A model generated the notes under the pieces. The model saw only the letters and a list, made by a program, of their open reading frames with translations. It had not been told where the DNA came from and did not search any database. A DNA stretch of 64,000 nt from an uncultured Chlamydiae bacterium (lineage in GTDB: Bacteria; Chlamydiota; Chlamydiia; Chlamydiales; SM23-39), in assembly GCA_963730605.1 (NCBI GenBank), contig CAVSSM010000011.1, forward strand, positions 32,001-96,000, given 5' to 3'. The translations under genes and the position numbers were made by a program. The first letter of the stretch is position 1. Each line of letters opens with the position of its first letter. Positions 50,001 to 59,492 of the stretch are shown piece after piece.

Positions 50001-50148
50001 CGCGGACAGCTTGGCGCCTCTTTCCCTTTGCGACTATGCGATCGTCACCGTCTCTGGAGAGCCAACGGAGCAGTTGACACCGTTTATCGATTGGGCTTAC
50101 CATGGAGACATGTGCCGTTTAGCCATTCTCACAGCGAGCTCTCCATGA
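47056..50148 (+). CDS. Wzc/GumC-like polysaccharide co-polymerase with degenerate kinase domain and a 73-aa insert
   Basis: Two TM helices flanking a long coiled-coil region; follows wza with ATGA overlap. Confidence 0.75.
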   Translation: MKHQKRPLHDPDERVFTLFDVKRLYLSQKKKILRASFWGALLAFSFILIRSVPKYQVSATFKEAPKSIEGTGGLEKLLLSNGSASSQESQTATLIQSNQVLKPLVVRMGTQATVRKAGLLSRVYKRIRDNILSERGLSLSDVDDFAFQNVVYDGEKTLTYSLRFEDSEHFSIGSGKKTIASGSLGSCVRLPEAELTIVKVPKGLKVGTHYSLSIQPWVSAVNAIRSNFRIKCLKQQKSIHELKFFHRDRYFGTELLNALTEEYRRYLKRDHDQVVHEQLSYLQQKQEEICANMSSVFDEYTEYLQTNLSRSGQLGLTQEIGGITKECNVLANKISSIDLELDRLVRMEVDQKAFVPMDDTPFSRSLKDTLSAISELKQQRDLIELSLPSQSRALNELQYENKKGELKEVRDQLCAMQHLLDGIEKHTPLSQDALFDAGEYLGAWAGRLADSQEEDRKGLAEYLENAVRLLSMQEKMVQEQIHYAHDTPAAFKGIDLTTARALFLEYYKKLDQIAEGVSHFSRLADEIERGDFEISSLSAVLLDPLSQRLIQQASEIALKLKDEKHHSEKEGSRWAEELSLQKKILKEHLDQLFKLEQVKSDLVQNRIDALQAIRFGSISGQISVLQERLADSVKERKTALLKEKTILEEKVRQILNGLTDIPERWRREKWLNLKSQMGIKMVQGLTELVESKTISSHLHHVESKPLDIATLPTTPCSPGLLVKAFLGAMLAGFFVFSRAFLGAVLKGFPSTKEKLCAMGYPVLGEISTVCDGPGTEPRGADLEALRQIFLFLDKEPIPGVIEKTGIGSSDFSAGARDMAKGKAAETREGPVDLRSAEQMSTANCLGSEDEKSESKPTPHQNRFFNRERYKVKVVGLIEGKGPDYSFALAEHFSRMSLRPLVIRCDFNMKFNREDLPGVLQVWKEEISSPPLKRRQGYDLLTSGGFTPYGAEVIRSLAFQNSLDKFKKEYDFVLMVFRSPLNLADSLAPLSLCDYAIVTVSGEPTEQLTPFIDWAYHGDMCRLAILTASSP
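49444..49662. mobile_element. 219-bp palindromic element inserted in frame in the Wzc-like gene
   Basis: 25-bp TIR with 20 matches; internal blocks shared with family A. Confidence 0.82.
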
Positions 50149-51104
50149 CAGGCAAGCGCAAAAAAATTCTTGTAGCAGGAGGAGCAGGATTCCTAGGCTC
50201 TCATCTCTCTCTGAGGCTTTTGAAAGAAGGCAACGAGGTTCTATGTGTCGATAATTTCTACACAGGCAGCCGCGATAATTTGCTCTCTTTAATGGAACAT
50301 CCTCGTTTCGAAGTGATGCGCCACGACATCTGTTTCCCTCTACATGTGGAGGTGGACGAGATCTATAACTTTGCCTGCCCGGCATCCCCTTTCCACTACC
50401 AGCGCGATCCCATCCAGACGGCGAAGACCAGCTTTCTCGGAGCTCTTCACCTCCTCGGATTGGCCAAGCGCCTCAAAATCAAAATCTTTCAAGCCTCGAC
50501 GAGCGAAGTCTACGGCGATCCCCATATCCATCCGCAAACCGAAGAGTATTGGGGCCACGTCAATCCGATCGGCATCCGATCTTGCTATGATGAAGGAAAG
50601 CGGTGCGCTGAAACTCTCTTCTTCGATTATTACCGAGTCCATGGCCTTCGCATTAAAGTCGCACGCATCTTCAACACGTTCGGCCCAAGGATGCATCCGA
50701 ACGATGGCCGAGTTGTCTCCAATTTTATTGTCCAAGCCCTTCGCAATGATCCTATTACCGTATACGGAGAAGGCAAGCAAACCCGATCTTTCTGCTATGT
50801 GGACGATCTGATCGATGCAGTGATTCGGATCATGGATACGCCAGATAGCATCACAGGGCCCTTCAACATTGGGAATCCGACCGAGATGCCAGTCATCGAC
50901 CTTGCGCGGCAAGTTCTGGCCTTAACCGGCTCTTCTTCCAAGATCGAGTTTGTCCCTTTGCCCTCTGACGACCCGAAACAAAGGCGGCCTGACATTCGGT
51001 ATGTAAAGGAAGTTTTAGGATGGGAGCCGAAGGTTCCTTTGCAAGAGGGTCTCAAGGCGACCATCGATCATTTCAGGAGCGTTATTAACCCGCTAGGCAA
51101 ATAA
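50145..51104 (+). CDS. uxs: UDP-glucuronate decarboxylase (UDP-xylose synthase)
   Basis: [22 protein letters not shown] and CYDEGKR motifs. Confidence 0.93.
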   Translation: MTGKRKKILVAGGAGFLGSHLSLRLLKEGNEVLCVDNFYTGSRDNLLSLMEHPRFEVMRHDICFPLHVEVDEIYNFACPASPFHYQRDPIQTAKTSFLGALHLLGLAKRLKIKIFQASTSEVYGDPHIHPQTEEYWGHVNPIGIRSCYDEGKRCAETLFFDYYRVHGLRIKVARIFNTFGPRMHPNDGRVVSNFIVQALRNDPITVYGEGKQTRSFCYVDDLIDAVIRIMDTPDSITGPFNIGNPTEMPVIDLARQVLALTGSSSKIEFVPLPSDDPKQRRPDIRYVKEVLGWEPKVPLQEGLKATIDHFRSVINPLGK

Positions 51105-51250
51105 GAGAAAACAAAGGGCACTAGCGAAGCGCACGAGGTCCCCCCGACGCATCGTCGGGAGGGGTGTGAAAGCCAGATCGAAGCGAAGCGAATCGGCCCG
51201 AAGGGAGCCGCAGCAAGCCCTTTGTCTCTTATTTGAAATAGCGGGTTAAT
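51084..51250. mobile_element. Palindromic element, family H, overlapping the uxs stop and the DMT start
   Basis: TIR ATTAACCCGCTA..CAAATAAGAGA..ACAAAGGGC / GCCCTTTGTCTCTTATTTG..TAGCGGGTTAAT. Confidence 0.82.
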
Positions 51251-52166
51251 GTTGGCTCATCTCGGGAAGCAAGCGTCCTTTTATAGGGGGATCGGTTTCA
51301 TGGCCTTGTCGGCGACAGGCATGTCGCTGGTCGGCCTGTTCGGCAAATTCGGCATCCAAGATTTGACTCTTTCTGCCCTCATGTTTTGGCGTTTTGTCGC
51401 CACGTCAACGCTTTTCTTCTTATCGCTTTTGGCCCTTGGGCGTCTGAAAGGCTTTTTCGAGTTTCATCATCTTAAACTTCAAATGCTTCGAGCATTTTTT
51501 GTCCTACTGGCCCAATATTGTTTTTTCTATTATCTACTCCATAACAGCTTATTGAATGCCGCAGCGCTTCTCAATACCGGCCCCGTTTTCATCTCCATCA
51601 TCGAAGGGGGCATTTTACGCAAAAAAGTAGGGGTCTCGAGTTGGATCGGAGCTTTAGTCTCTTTTGCAGGCGCCCTTATGATCCTGCAACCCGATGCGGG
51701 GATTTTTTCTACCTTAAGCCTCATCGGCCTTCTTTCAGGCATGAGCCAAGGGGCCTCCCAAGTAGTATTCGGTTTCCAGACCAAAGGGGAGGAGAAGCTC
51801 CATATCACCCTCCTGCATCTTTTTTTCCTTTGTACCCTCTTAAGCCTTGTCCCTTTTCTTTTGTTTCATACGGAGATGCAGTCCAGCAAGAGCTTTAGTT
51901 CCTGGGATTTAGGCGTGATCTTAGCGTTGGGAGCCGCGTCCATCCTTAGCCAAGCCTTTAGAGCGCAGGCCTACGCACACGGAACCCCATCTAGGTTATC
52001 GCCCTTTCTTTACCTCGCAGTCCTGCTTGCCGGAGTCTATGATTGGGCCATTTTCGGCAAAGCGCCGAACCTTCTCGCGAGCCTTGGAGCCGCGCTCATC
52101 ATTATCGGCGGCCTTTTGAAAATCTATCTGCGCAAAATAATCCTCGAGAAAAAAACTTTCTTCTAG
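51249..52166 (+). CDS. DMT/EamA family transporter
   Basis: About 10 TM helices in two EamA-like repeats. Confidence 0.82.
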   Translation: MLAHLGKQASFYRGIGFMALSATGMSLVGLFGKFGIQDLTLSALMFWRFVATSTLFFLSLLALGRLKGFFEFHHLKLQMLRAFFVLLAQYCFFYYLLHNSLLNAAALLNTGPVFISIIEGGILRKKVGVSSWIGALVSFAGALMILQPDAGIFSTLSLIGLLSGMSQGASQVVFGFQTKGEEKLHITLLHLFFLCTLLSLVPFLLFHTEMQSSKSFSSWDLGVILALGAASILSQAFRAQAYAHGTPSRLSPFLYLAVLLAGVYDWAIFGKAPNLLASLGAALIIIGGLLKIYLRKIILEKKTFF

Positions 52167-52360
52167 GACGTCCCTAGACATATAGAAAGACTAGAGACGG
52201 TCGGGTTGCTTCGCGGACTTTCCCCAAACGAGACGTATCGATTACAAATTGTGTATCCAGGCTTGATTTTGCTCACGCTGCTGAATCTTTTACATTCCCT
52301 TTATGGGTTCCGCGGGGTAAAGTGGCCGGTGTTTTTGGCGTTTTCCGGATCGGCGATCAT

Positions 52361-55300
52361 CTATAGGGCTTTAGAATTTTCATGTTTCTTTTTGATCTCG
52401 CGCCATTTGCTCACCATCTGCGTTGCCATGGGCGCGGCCTCTTTCCCGGCGTCGCCAAACCTTAGGAAGACCGCGACGGTAAGCTCTGGATGGTCGTAGC
52501 GCGTTTTTGTGGGATAATCGGGTGAAAAGGAAATGGCCCCGAACCAAATGTATTTCATCATTTGGGCAGCGCTTCCTGGATTGACATGCGCTCGGTAGAG
52601 AATTTCTGCCGTGCTGGTCTTGCCGATCACCTGATGCTGCAGGGCTGTGTAAGCGGCTTGAAGCTCCCGGTTGAGGCGAAGAGACCGGATGATGGCCGAC
52701 CTTGCGCTCCCTTTCTGGCCCCACATGGTCCGGTCCATCCCCTCGTAAAGTTGCGCTTCGACATCGGCTGGCATGGGAATTTCCCTCCGCACAACGGTCT
52801 CGGGGATGCCGATTTCATGAACCGGCGCTTTGGCTTGGACCCCGGTAAATAAAGAAAATGGAATCCCCAGCGCCTGCAGCTCGTGGCTGGCAAAGCCATC
52901 CCTAGCTTCGAAGACCGAGAGCATTTCCCTGTCGGGCGCAAGGCCGGAGAGCATCTTCGTAATTTTCGGTTTGACCAATTTGCCTCCATTGGCAAGCGCG
53001 CCCAGCATAACGGCTGTCTGTAGCGGGGTGCAAAGAAGAGTATGCTGGCCGAACGCGAACGAATAGAGGCTGGTCCGGTTCGTCCTCAAATCCTTAGGCA
53101 GTAGGCCTGACCTTTCTCCCGGCAGGTCCACCCCGCTTTTTTCTCCATACCCAAGCCTAGCTGCAGTTACTTTCAGATCGTCCGGATCGGACAAGAAATC
53201 CCCGGCCAAAATGGAAAAGTAGGGATTGCTCGTTTGTTCCAGAGCTCCGGTGATGTCGATTTTCCCGATATGCGGATTGCTGCTTCGCGGCAGTCGGCCT
53301 CCTTTGTACATGCGGGGATAAGGCGCTCCATTCAATCCGTAGGCGACCGCTTTGGGGTTGCGGCCTGCCTCATCCACGATGACAGGAGAATGGCCTTGCA
53401 TCAACCCTTCGTAAGCGGTGACGAGCTTGAAAAGGGAGCCTTGCGGCACATCCGATTGGAAAGCAAAAGAACGGAGATATCCGAATCCTCCTTGAGGGTA
53501 AAAAGACGCCGCGAGACTTTTCTCATCGAGAAGCTTCCGGTATTTGCCCAAGAGGGGGCGGTCGAGCTCTCTAAAGGAGCGGAAGGTGCGCAAGAATTCT
53601 AATGCGAGATCAGTTGGAAGCGCCTTTACAGCGGGGAGCAGTTTCGGGTCGGTGAGCCGCTCTTGAAGGATCGAGAGCCTGTTCGATCTCCAATGCTCGG
53701 CGAAAAGCTCCTGCTCTTTTTGATCCAAGTAATCAAGATAGGGACGGGCATAGGTTTTCTTTTCTTTTTCTATTCTCCTTTTCTCGGCAAGGAACTCTTT
53801 TTGGTTCGATTCCCGCCACAACCTGAACTCAGATTGGCGAAAGTGGCCAGCCGCCTCTTCCTTCACTTGGGTTTCCATTTTAATAAACGCTTGGCAAAGC
53901 TCTTGGTACTCGCTCAGCTTCATTGACCCGATCTTTGCGATCAAGTCATCGCTAAAACGGGTGCTGTCGAGAAGGGTACGGCAAAGGTCGATGGCAAATA
54001 ATTTATCCGCATTGGATGGGATGGAACTTAAGAGCCCATCGAGGCGGCGCGCCGCTTTTAGGGCAAGGTCGCCCTGGTTTTTTTGAGGGAGGCTCGAAAA
54101 AAGATCTTCCATGACCTCCATAGGATCGCTTTGCCCCGAGAAATATCTGACCGTTTCGAAATCTTCCTGGACCTGGATCGCGAGGCTCACGTTGTCACAT
54201 TTTTGAAAAAAAGCCCTGAGCGCACCATCTTTCGGCAAGATCAAATCGAGATAGAGATCCCATGACAAGATCGTTTCGTCTTCGATGAACCGGCGTCCCC
54301 CGAATCGCTCCTTGACGAGCGTCGCTCTGCCGTCCCAGATGGCTCCGATATACCGTTCATTTTCAAGCCATCGAGAGACTTTCTGGTTCGAATGCTTGAT
54401 AAAATCATTCGGATCGAAACGGGGAAAGCTCGCCAAGGCCAACACTTCTCCGCTATTCGGGTCGAGGGCTACGAGCGCGCCTCCTTTGATCCATGGCTGT
54501 TTGAGGGCTTTTCGCTTCTTGTCGGTCGGATCCATCCCAAGGCTCCTTCCTTCCTGTTCCTTTTCGCTCACGGCTAAAAGCTCTTCGGCAAATTGCTGCA
54601 GCTCCGCAGAGATCGACAGGACTACTTGCTGGCCAGGGACCGGCGCCGCGCCTCCTGGCAATTCACGGACAAAACGGCCTTTCTGGTCGACCTCAAAAGT
54701 TTTTTTACCAAAGAAGCCCCTCAGCTGCTCTTCATATTGCGCTTCGATCCCGCTTTTTCCGACGGAGTCATTGAGGGTATAGGCCTTCTCTTTCAACTCT
54801 TTGAGCCTCGCGCAGGCGGACTCGAAGGAGTTGTAGCCGTGCGGGAGGGCGCTTGCCAGACCCTGTTCATACGAAAGGACCGCTTCCTGCAGGATCGACA
54901 ATTCTTCAACGATTGCCCCATATTTTTTTTGGCTGATCGCCCCCATGGTCCCTAGGATATGGGAAGCCGTTTTTTGAAGCGGATAAAACCTCTCCGCAGC
55001 CGTTTCGGCATGGATCCCCGGCCAATCTTTTTCAAGGCCTTTGAGCCGGTAGTGCTCCTCTTCAGAGAGCCTCGATTTGATGAGATACGGAGCGTGAGGA
55101 AAGAGGGACGCTTTCGAGTGGATGAGGTCTTCAACCCTCTCGGAGGATAGATTGAGAGTCGTTCCAAGCAGCTTGGATACAGCACGGATATACTCTTTTC
55201 TGGGGTAGACCCGAATCCGGCTGCCCCCCTCCTCTTGCCAACGGGAGAGGGGGATTTGGGCGATCTGCCCGTAGTAGACGACCGCATTGTAGCAAATCCT

Positions 55301-55498
55301 GTTCAAAGCGAGGGGGATCCCGAACCGATCGCAGATCGTCCCCCGGTCAGCCCTCTCTATAACGGTTCGCGACTGGGGCTTTTGCGCCTCGATGAGCTTG
55401 GCTTCCCTCTGGACAACCCCCAGATGGAGCGCGCGCAGGCAGATCGCGAGGCATGCGGCGCAGATGACGGCTAGGATTCGGTTAATCTTGTCGGGCAT
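52361..55498 (-). CDS. Chlamydial large class B penicillin-binding protein (PBP2)
   Basis: RGTICDRFG, SLFK, TSN and KTS motifs; probable start MPDK at 55498. Confidence 0.9.
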   Translation of the reverse strand: MPDKINRILAVICAACLAICLRALHLGVVQREAKLIEAQKPQSRTVIERADRGTICDRFGIPLALNRICYNAVVYYGQIAQIPLSRWQEEGGSRIRVYPRKEYIRAVSKLLGTTLNLSSERVEDLIHSKASLFPHAPYLIKSRLSEEEHYRLKGLEKDWPGIHAETAAERFYPLQKTASHILGTMGAISQKKYGAIVEELSILQEAVLSYEQGLASALPHGYNSFESACARLKELKEKAYTLNDSVGKSGIEAQYEEQLRGFFGKKTFEVDQKGRFVRELPGGAAPVPGQQVVLSISAELQQFAEELLAVSEKEQEGRSLGMDPTDKKRKALKQPWIKGGALVALDPNSGEVLALASFPRFDPNDFIKHSNQKVSRWLENERYIGAIWDGRATLVKERFGGRRFIEDETILSWDLYLDLILPKDGALRAFFQKCDNVSLAIQVQEDFETVRYFSGQSDPMEVMEDLFSSLPQKNQGDLALKAARRLDGLLSSIPSNADKLFAIDLCRTLLDSTRFSDDLIAKIGSMKLSEYQELCQAFIKMETQVKEEAAGHFRQSEFRLWRESNQKEFLAEKRRIEKEKKTYARPYLDYLDQKEQELFAEHWRSNRLSILQERLTDPKLLPAVKALPTDLALEFLRTFRSFRELDRPLLGKYRKLLDEKSLAASFYPQGGFGYLRSFAFQSDVPQGSLFKLVTAYEGLMQGHSPVIVDEAGRNPKAVAYGLNGAPYPRMYKGGRLPRSSNPHIGKIDITGALEQTSNPYFSILAGDFLSDPDDLKVTAARLGYGEKSGVDLPGERSGLLPKDLRTNRTSLYSFAFGQHTLLCTPLQTAVMLGALANGGKLVKPKITKMLSGLAPDREMLSVFEARDGFASHELQALGIPFSLFTGVQAKAPVHEIGIPETVVRREIPMPADVEAQLYEGMDRTMWGQKGSARSAIIRSLRLNRELQAAYTALQHQVIGKTSTAEILYRAHVNPGSAAQMMKYIWFGAISFSPDYPTKTRYDHPELTVAVFLRFGDAGKEAAPMATQMVSKWREIKKKHENSKAL

Positions 55499-55633
55499 AG
55501 AAAAACAAGTATATAAAATTATCACTTCACGCCCAAGAAGGACTTTTGAATGAGTCTTTGAACGAGTCTTGCAGGTTTCCCTTGGAAAAAAATAGAATTT
55601 TGAGGTAAAACTACTATTTTCGTTTTTGCCGAT

Positions 55634-55704
55634 GCGCCTGTAGTTCAATGGTAGAACAGTAGCCTTCCAAGCTACGAGTGTCAGTTCGATTCTGTCCAGG
55701 CGCT
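55634..55704 (+). tRNA. tRNA-Gly (TCC)
   Basis: Cloverleaf with GCGCCTG/CAGGCGC acceptor stem and anticodon loop CTTCCAA. Confidence 0.93.
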
Positions 55705-55743
55705 TTGATAAAACGGCTAACATTATTTTTTTGAGAGGAAAAA

Positions 55744-56541
55744 TTGGCTACCGCACAACAAAATACAGGAGTGACGATCAAGGAGTTGCTCGAATCCGGC
55801 GCTCATTTCGGGCACCAGACCCATCGTTGGAATCCGAAGATGAAGCGTTTCATTTTCGAAGAGCGGAATGGGATTTACATCATTGATCTTGCAAAAACCC
55901 TTCAGCAGATCCGCGCGGCGGCGCAAGTCGTGCGCGAAATGGTCGCCAAAAGGAAGCCCATCCTCTTCGTCGGAACGAAAAAGCAAGCGAAAGTGGTCGT
56001 TAAAGAAAGCGCCGAAGAGTGCGGCGAATTTTACATATGCGAACGGTGGCTCGGAGGGACTCTCACCAACCTTCAGACGATTCGGAAGTCGGTTAAAACG
56101 CTTGAACGGATCGAGAAAAGGATCGCATCGGGCGGCGAAGGGCTGACCAAAAAAGAAATATCCGTATTGAGCAAAGAACGGGTGAAGCTTGACCGGAACC
56201 TCTCGGGAATCCGTTCCATGCGCAAGCAGCCGGGGCTCCTCATTGTCGTCGATCCAAGCAAGGAGCATATCGCGGTCGCTGAGGCGAACACGCTGGGTAT
56301 TCCGGTGATGGCGCTCGTCGACACGAACTGCGATCCGGATCCCATCGAATACGTGATCGCATGCAATGACGATGCCCTGAAGAGCATCAAAGTGATTCTC
56401 ATCGCGCTGACGCAGGCGGTGATTGATCAGAAAAATGAAATGAATGTTTCTGTTGCGAAGGGCGATAGCACGATCCCGCCATCTGAAGATGAGGAAGAGG
56501 AAGAAGAGGTAGGGGAAGAGGAGGAGTCTGACAAGCCATGA
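55744..56541 (+). CDS. rpsB: 30S ribosomal protein S2
   Basis: GAHFGHQ...WNPKM, RWLGGTLTN and VDTNCDP motifs. Confidence 0.97.
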   Translation: MATAQQNTGVTIKELLESGAHFGHQTHRWNPKMKRFIFEERNGIYIIDLAKTLQQIRAAAQVVREMVAKRKPILFVGTKKQAKVVVKESAEECGEFYICERWLGGTLTNLQTIRKSVKTLERIEKRIASGGEGLTKKEISVLSKERVKLDRNLSGIRSMRKQPGLLIVVDPSKEHIAVAEANTLGIPVMALVDTNCDPDPIEYVIACNDDALKSIKVILIALTQAVIDQKNEMNVSVAKGDSTIPPSEDEEEEEEVGEEEESDKP

Positions 56542-57389
56542 TGAAAGAAATCACTCCGGATATGATCAAAGAACTTCGCGAGAGGACTGGCGTCGGCATG
56601 GGCAAATGCAAAGAGGCTCTTGTCCTATCGGAAGGCGATATGGAAAAAGCGATCGACCATCTCCGTAAAGCGGGCATGGCCGCCGGCGTCAAGAAAGAGG
56701 GGCGAGAGACGAAAGAAGGTCTGATTTTGACCGGTGAAGACAAACACAGTTTAGTTCTTGCCGAAGCGAATGCGGAGACCGATTTCGTCGCTCAGAACGA
56801 TCGCTTCAAGCATTTTCTCCACGATGTCGTCAAACAAGCTTTGGAAGCGAAGCCGAAATCGCTGGAGGATCTGATCCGGCAGCCCTACTATAAGGACCGC
56901 TCTATCACGATCGATCAATACCGGAACTTGATCATCCAGGCCCTCGGCGAGAACATTCAGCTTCGCCGAGTCGAAGTGATCCATAGGCATCCCAATAGCT
57001 CTTACGGCATCTATTCTCACATGGGCGGTAAGCTAGTCGTAGTCGTAGAAATAGAAGGCGCGGCGGATCAGGAAGGGATTGCGAAAGAAATCGCGATGCA
57101 TGTCGCAGCCGAGAACCCCGATTTTCTCAAGCCTGAAGAAATTCCCGCCCACGTCCTTGCAAGGGAGGAGGAGATTGCCCGCGCGTCGGTCCAAGGCAAG
57201 CCTGCGAATATTGTCGACAAGATCGTGGCCGGGAAGATCAAGGCTTTTACCGATCAGGCCTGTCTGATTCATCAGAAATATGTGAAAGACAATTCTGTAA
57301 CGGTGCAGCAGTTTCTAGAACTTTGCGCAAAGAAGATCGGCAAGCCTCTATCGATCCGATGTTTTTGGCGCTGGAAAGTCGGTCAGTGA
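56538..57389 (+). CDS. tsf: Elongation factor Ts
   Basis: LRERTGVGM..CK and ETDFVA motifs. Confidence 0.97.
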   Translation: MMKEITPDMIKELRERTGVGMGKCKEALVLSEGDMEKAIDHLRKAGMAAGVKKEGRETKEGLILTGEDKHSLVLAEANAETDFVAQNDRFKHFLHDVVKQALEAKPKSLEDLIRQPYYKDRSITIDQYRNLIIQALGENIQLRRVEVIHRHPNSSYGIYSHMGGKLVVVVEIEGAADQEGIAKEIAMHVAAENPDFLKPEEIPAHVLAREEEIARASVQGKPANIVDKIVAGKIKAFTDQACLIHQKYVKDNSVTVQQFLELCAKKIGKPLSIRCFWRWKVGQ

Positions 57390-57419
57390 AGAACGTCGCC
57401 TATACTTTCGAAGTGGATT

Positions 57420-58127
57420 GTGTATAAGAGAATTTTGCTCAAACTTTCGGGCGAAGCTCTTATGGGCGAGCATAAATTCGGCGTCGATCCCGTCGCCTGC
57501 GAAAAAATCGCTGCCCAAGTCAAAGAACTTTGCGTCCTCGGCGTCCAAGTCGGTGTTGTCATCGGCGGGGGGAATATTTTTCGCGGGGCCGAGGCTGTAA
57601 AGTCTGGGATGGGACGGACGCCTGCGGACCACATCGGGATGCTTGCGACTTTGATCAACGGCATCGCCCTTCAGCAATCGTTTGAGAAGGTTCATTGCGA
57701 AAGCCGCATCATGAGCGCCATTGCCTGTGATGTGATGGCCGAATCGTACTCGTGGAAAGACGCCCTCAAATACCTTGACAAGGGGATTGTTTTGATTTTT
57801 GTCGGCGGCACTGGCAACCCCTATTTTACCACCGATTCTGCCGCAGCGCTCCGAGCTCTTGAGATCAATGCCCAGATCCTTTTGAAGGCGACAAAAGTCG
57901 ATGGGATTTACGACAAAGATCCCCATAAATATCCGGATGCAGTAAAATTCAAGCGGGTCAGTTATTCCGAAGTATTGGCAAACCAGCTTCAGGTTATGGA
58001 TCCTACGGCGATCGCCCTTTGCCGAGAAAACCGGACTCCGATCCGTGTTTTCAATGTCTTTGGCCCACATGCTTTGAAGAGGGCTGTTTGCGATGAAGGG
58101 GTAGGAACTCTTGTGGAGGGAGGATGA
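57420..58127 (+). CDS. pyrH: UMP kinase
   Basis: LLKLSGEAL, GGGNIFRG and GNPYFTTD motifs. Confidence 0.97.
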   Translation: MYKRILLKLSGEALMGEHKFGVDPVACEKIAAQVKELCVLGVQVGVVIGGGNIFRGAEAVKSGMGRTPADHIGMLATLINGIALQQSFEKVHCESRIMSAIACDVMAESYSWKDALKYLDKGIVLIFVGGTGNPYFTTDSAAALRALEINAQILLKATKVDGIYDKDPHKYPDAVKFKRVSYSEVLANQLQVMDPTAIALCRENRTPIRVFNVFGPHALKRAVCDEGVGTLVEGG

Positions 58128-58678
58128 GCAGCGTAGAGAATCAAGTCAAAGCGGCTATGCAGGCAGCGCTTGAACATTTAAAAGCAGAACTGAAAACGTT
58201 GCGCACCGGCCGTGCCAATGCGGCGATGCTCGACCGGGTCCAAGTGGAAGTATACGGCTCCCACGTGCCGATCAAATCTCTTGGCAGCATCACCGTGCCG
58301 GAGGCCAGGCAAATCGTCGTGACCCCCTTCGATCCGAGCAACATCAATGCGATTGCCAAGGCGGTCGAAGCCGCCAACCTGGGCGTTCACCCCATAGCCG
58401 ATGGGCGGGTGGTTCGCATTCCGATTCCTCCGCCTGATGAAAATCTCCGAAAGCAAATTGCGAAGCAGTGCCGCGAATTTGGGGAGAAGTCGAAGGTCGC
58501 GATGAGGGAGGTGCGCCGCAAATTCAACGAGCTTGTGCGCAAGCAAAAGGCCGATGGCGCGATCCCTGAAGACCAGATGAAGAAGTACGAGAAGCATATC
58601 CAAGAGCAGACCGATAAGTACTGCAGGGACATCGACGCTGCCTGCGCCGAGAAAGAAAAGGAAATCATGACAATCTAG
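58124..58678 (+). CDS. frr: Ribosome recycling factor
   Basis: LRTGRAN, VEVYG and KEKEIM motifs. Confidence 0.96.
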   Translation: MSSVENQVKAAMQAALEHLKAELKTLRTGRANAAMLDRVQVEVYGSHVPIKSLGSITVPEARQIVVTPFDPSNINAIAKAVEAANLGVHPIADGRVVRIPIPPPDENLRKQIAKQCREFGEKSKVAMREVRRKFNELVRKQKADGAIPEDQMKKYEKHIQEQTDKYCRDIDAACAEKEKEIMTI

Positions 58679-58752
58679 TATCCCGGCTTCGCAGTAGGTT
58701 CTTGTACAAAATGAGAGAGATAGGCTAAAATAGGTCACGTTTTTCGCTGTCT

Positions 58753-58827
58753 GGCCCCGTCGTCTAGCCCGGTCTAGGACACCGGATTTTCATTCCGATA
58801 ACACGGGTTCGAATCCCGTCGGGGTCA
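58753..58827 (+). tRNA. tRNA-Glu (TTC)
   Basis: Cloverleaf with anticodon loop TTTTCAT and GGTTCGAATCC T-arm. Confidence 0.92.
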
Positions 58828-58831
58828 TTTC

Positions 58832-58903
58832 GAGACTTTAGCTCAGTGGTAGAGCATCTCACTTTTAATGAGAGGGTCGATGGTTCGAATCCATCAAGTC
58901 TCA
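58832..58903 (+). tRNA. tRNA-Lys (TTT)
   Basis: Cloverleaf with GAGACTT/AAGTCTC acceptor stem and anticodon loop CTTTTAA. Confidence 0.95.
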
Positions 58904-59063
58904 TCTTCCTATCCAGGTCAACATCAGCAGCTTATGTAAGTTTTGTCGAAGCCCATCTAGGGCCGAAGGCTAGAAAAAATGGCTGCCGGTGCAATGGCGG
59001 TGCAGCGAGAAAAAGTTTTGACGTTGCCGCGTTCCAATCGCAATCAATATAAAGGTTGGAAAT

Positions 59064-59344
59064 ATGGCATCGATCTATAAACGAAAAAACGACGACGGTA
59101 CCACTGCTTGGCGCGCTGTCTCCCCATCAAAGGGCACCCTTCCGTCTGTAAAAGCTTTGAGCGCAAAGAAGAGGCATTAGACTGGGCCCAAGAGACCGAA
59201 CGGTCCATCAAACGCGGCCAGTTCAATTTCGAGGCCGCTAAACGGCAGCATACCTATTCGGACCTGATCGAACGTCTCCACGCAGATCGGGCGCTCGAAC
59301 ATCAGCGCTCCTTCAAAAACGTCCGGTCGCAGTTCGATTATTAG
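59064..59344 (+). pseudogene. N-terminal remnant of a tyrosine integrase
   Basis: MASIYKRKNDDGTTAWRAV / IKGHPSVCKSFERKEEALDWA arm-binding-like segment just after tRNA-Lys; frameshifted, no catalytic domain. Confidence 0.65.
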
Positions 59345-59492
59345 ATTTACGCATGGGTTAGGGAAAGGGATCAAGGCCCGTATCAAATCTCTGGGATGCA
59401 GCTGGAACCAACTGCATCACGGATGGCTTTGTCCTCTCGCTAAACAGGAAGAAGTCCAAAAAATATTTCAATCGGCGGGACTCCAACCCGAG

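Noticed and set aside
52167..52360. Structured ncRNA or further element between the DMT gene and pbp2
   Set aside because: Only weak TATAGA/TCTATA symmetry; no recognisable family or second copy in the window
55499..55723. 75-aa N-terminal extension of PBP2 in the ORF track
   Set aside because: It overlaps tRNA-Gly and promoter DNA; the real start is probably 55498
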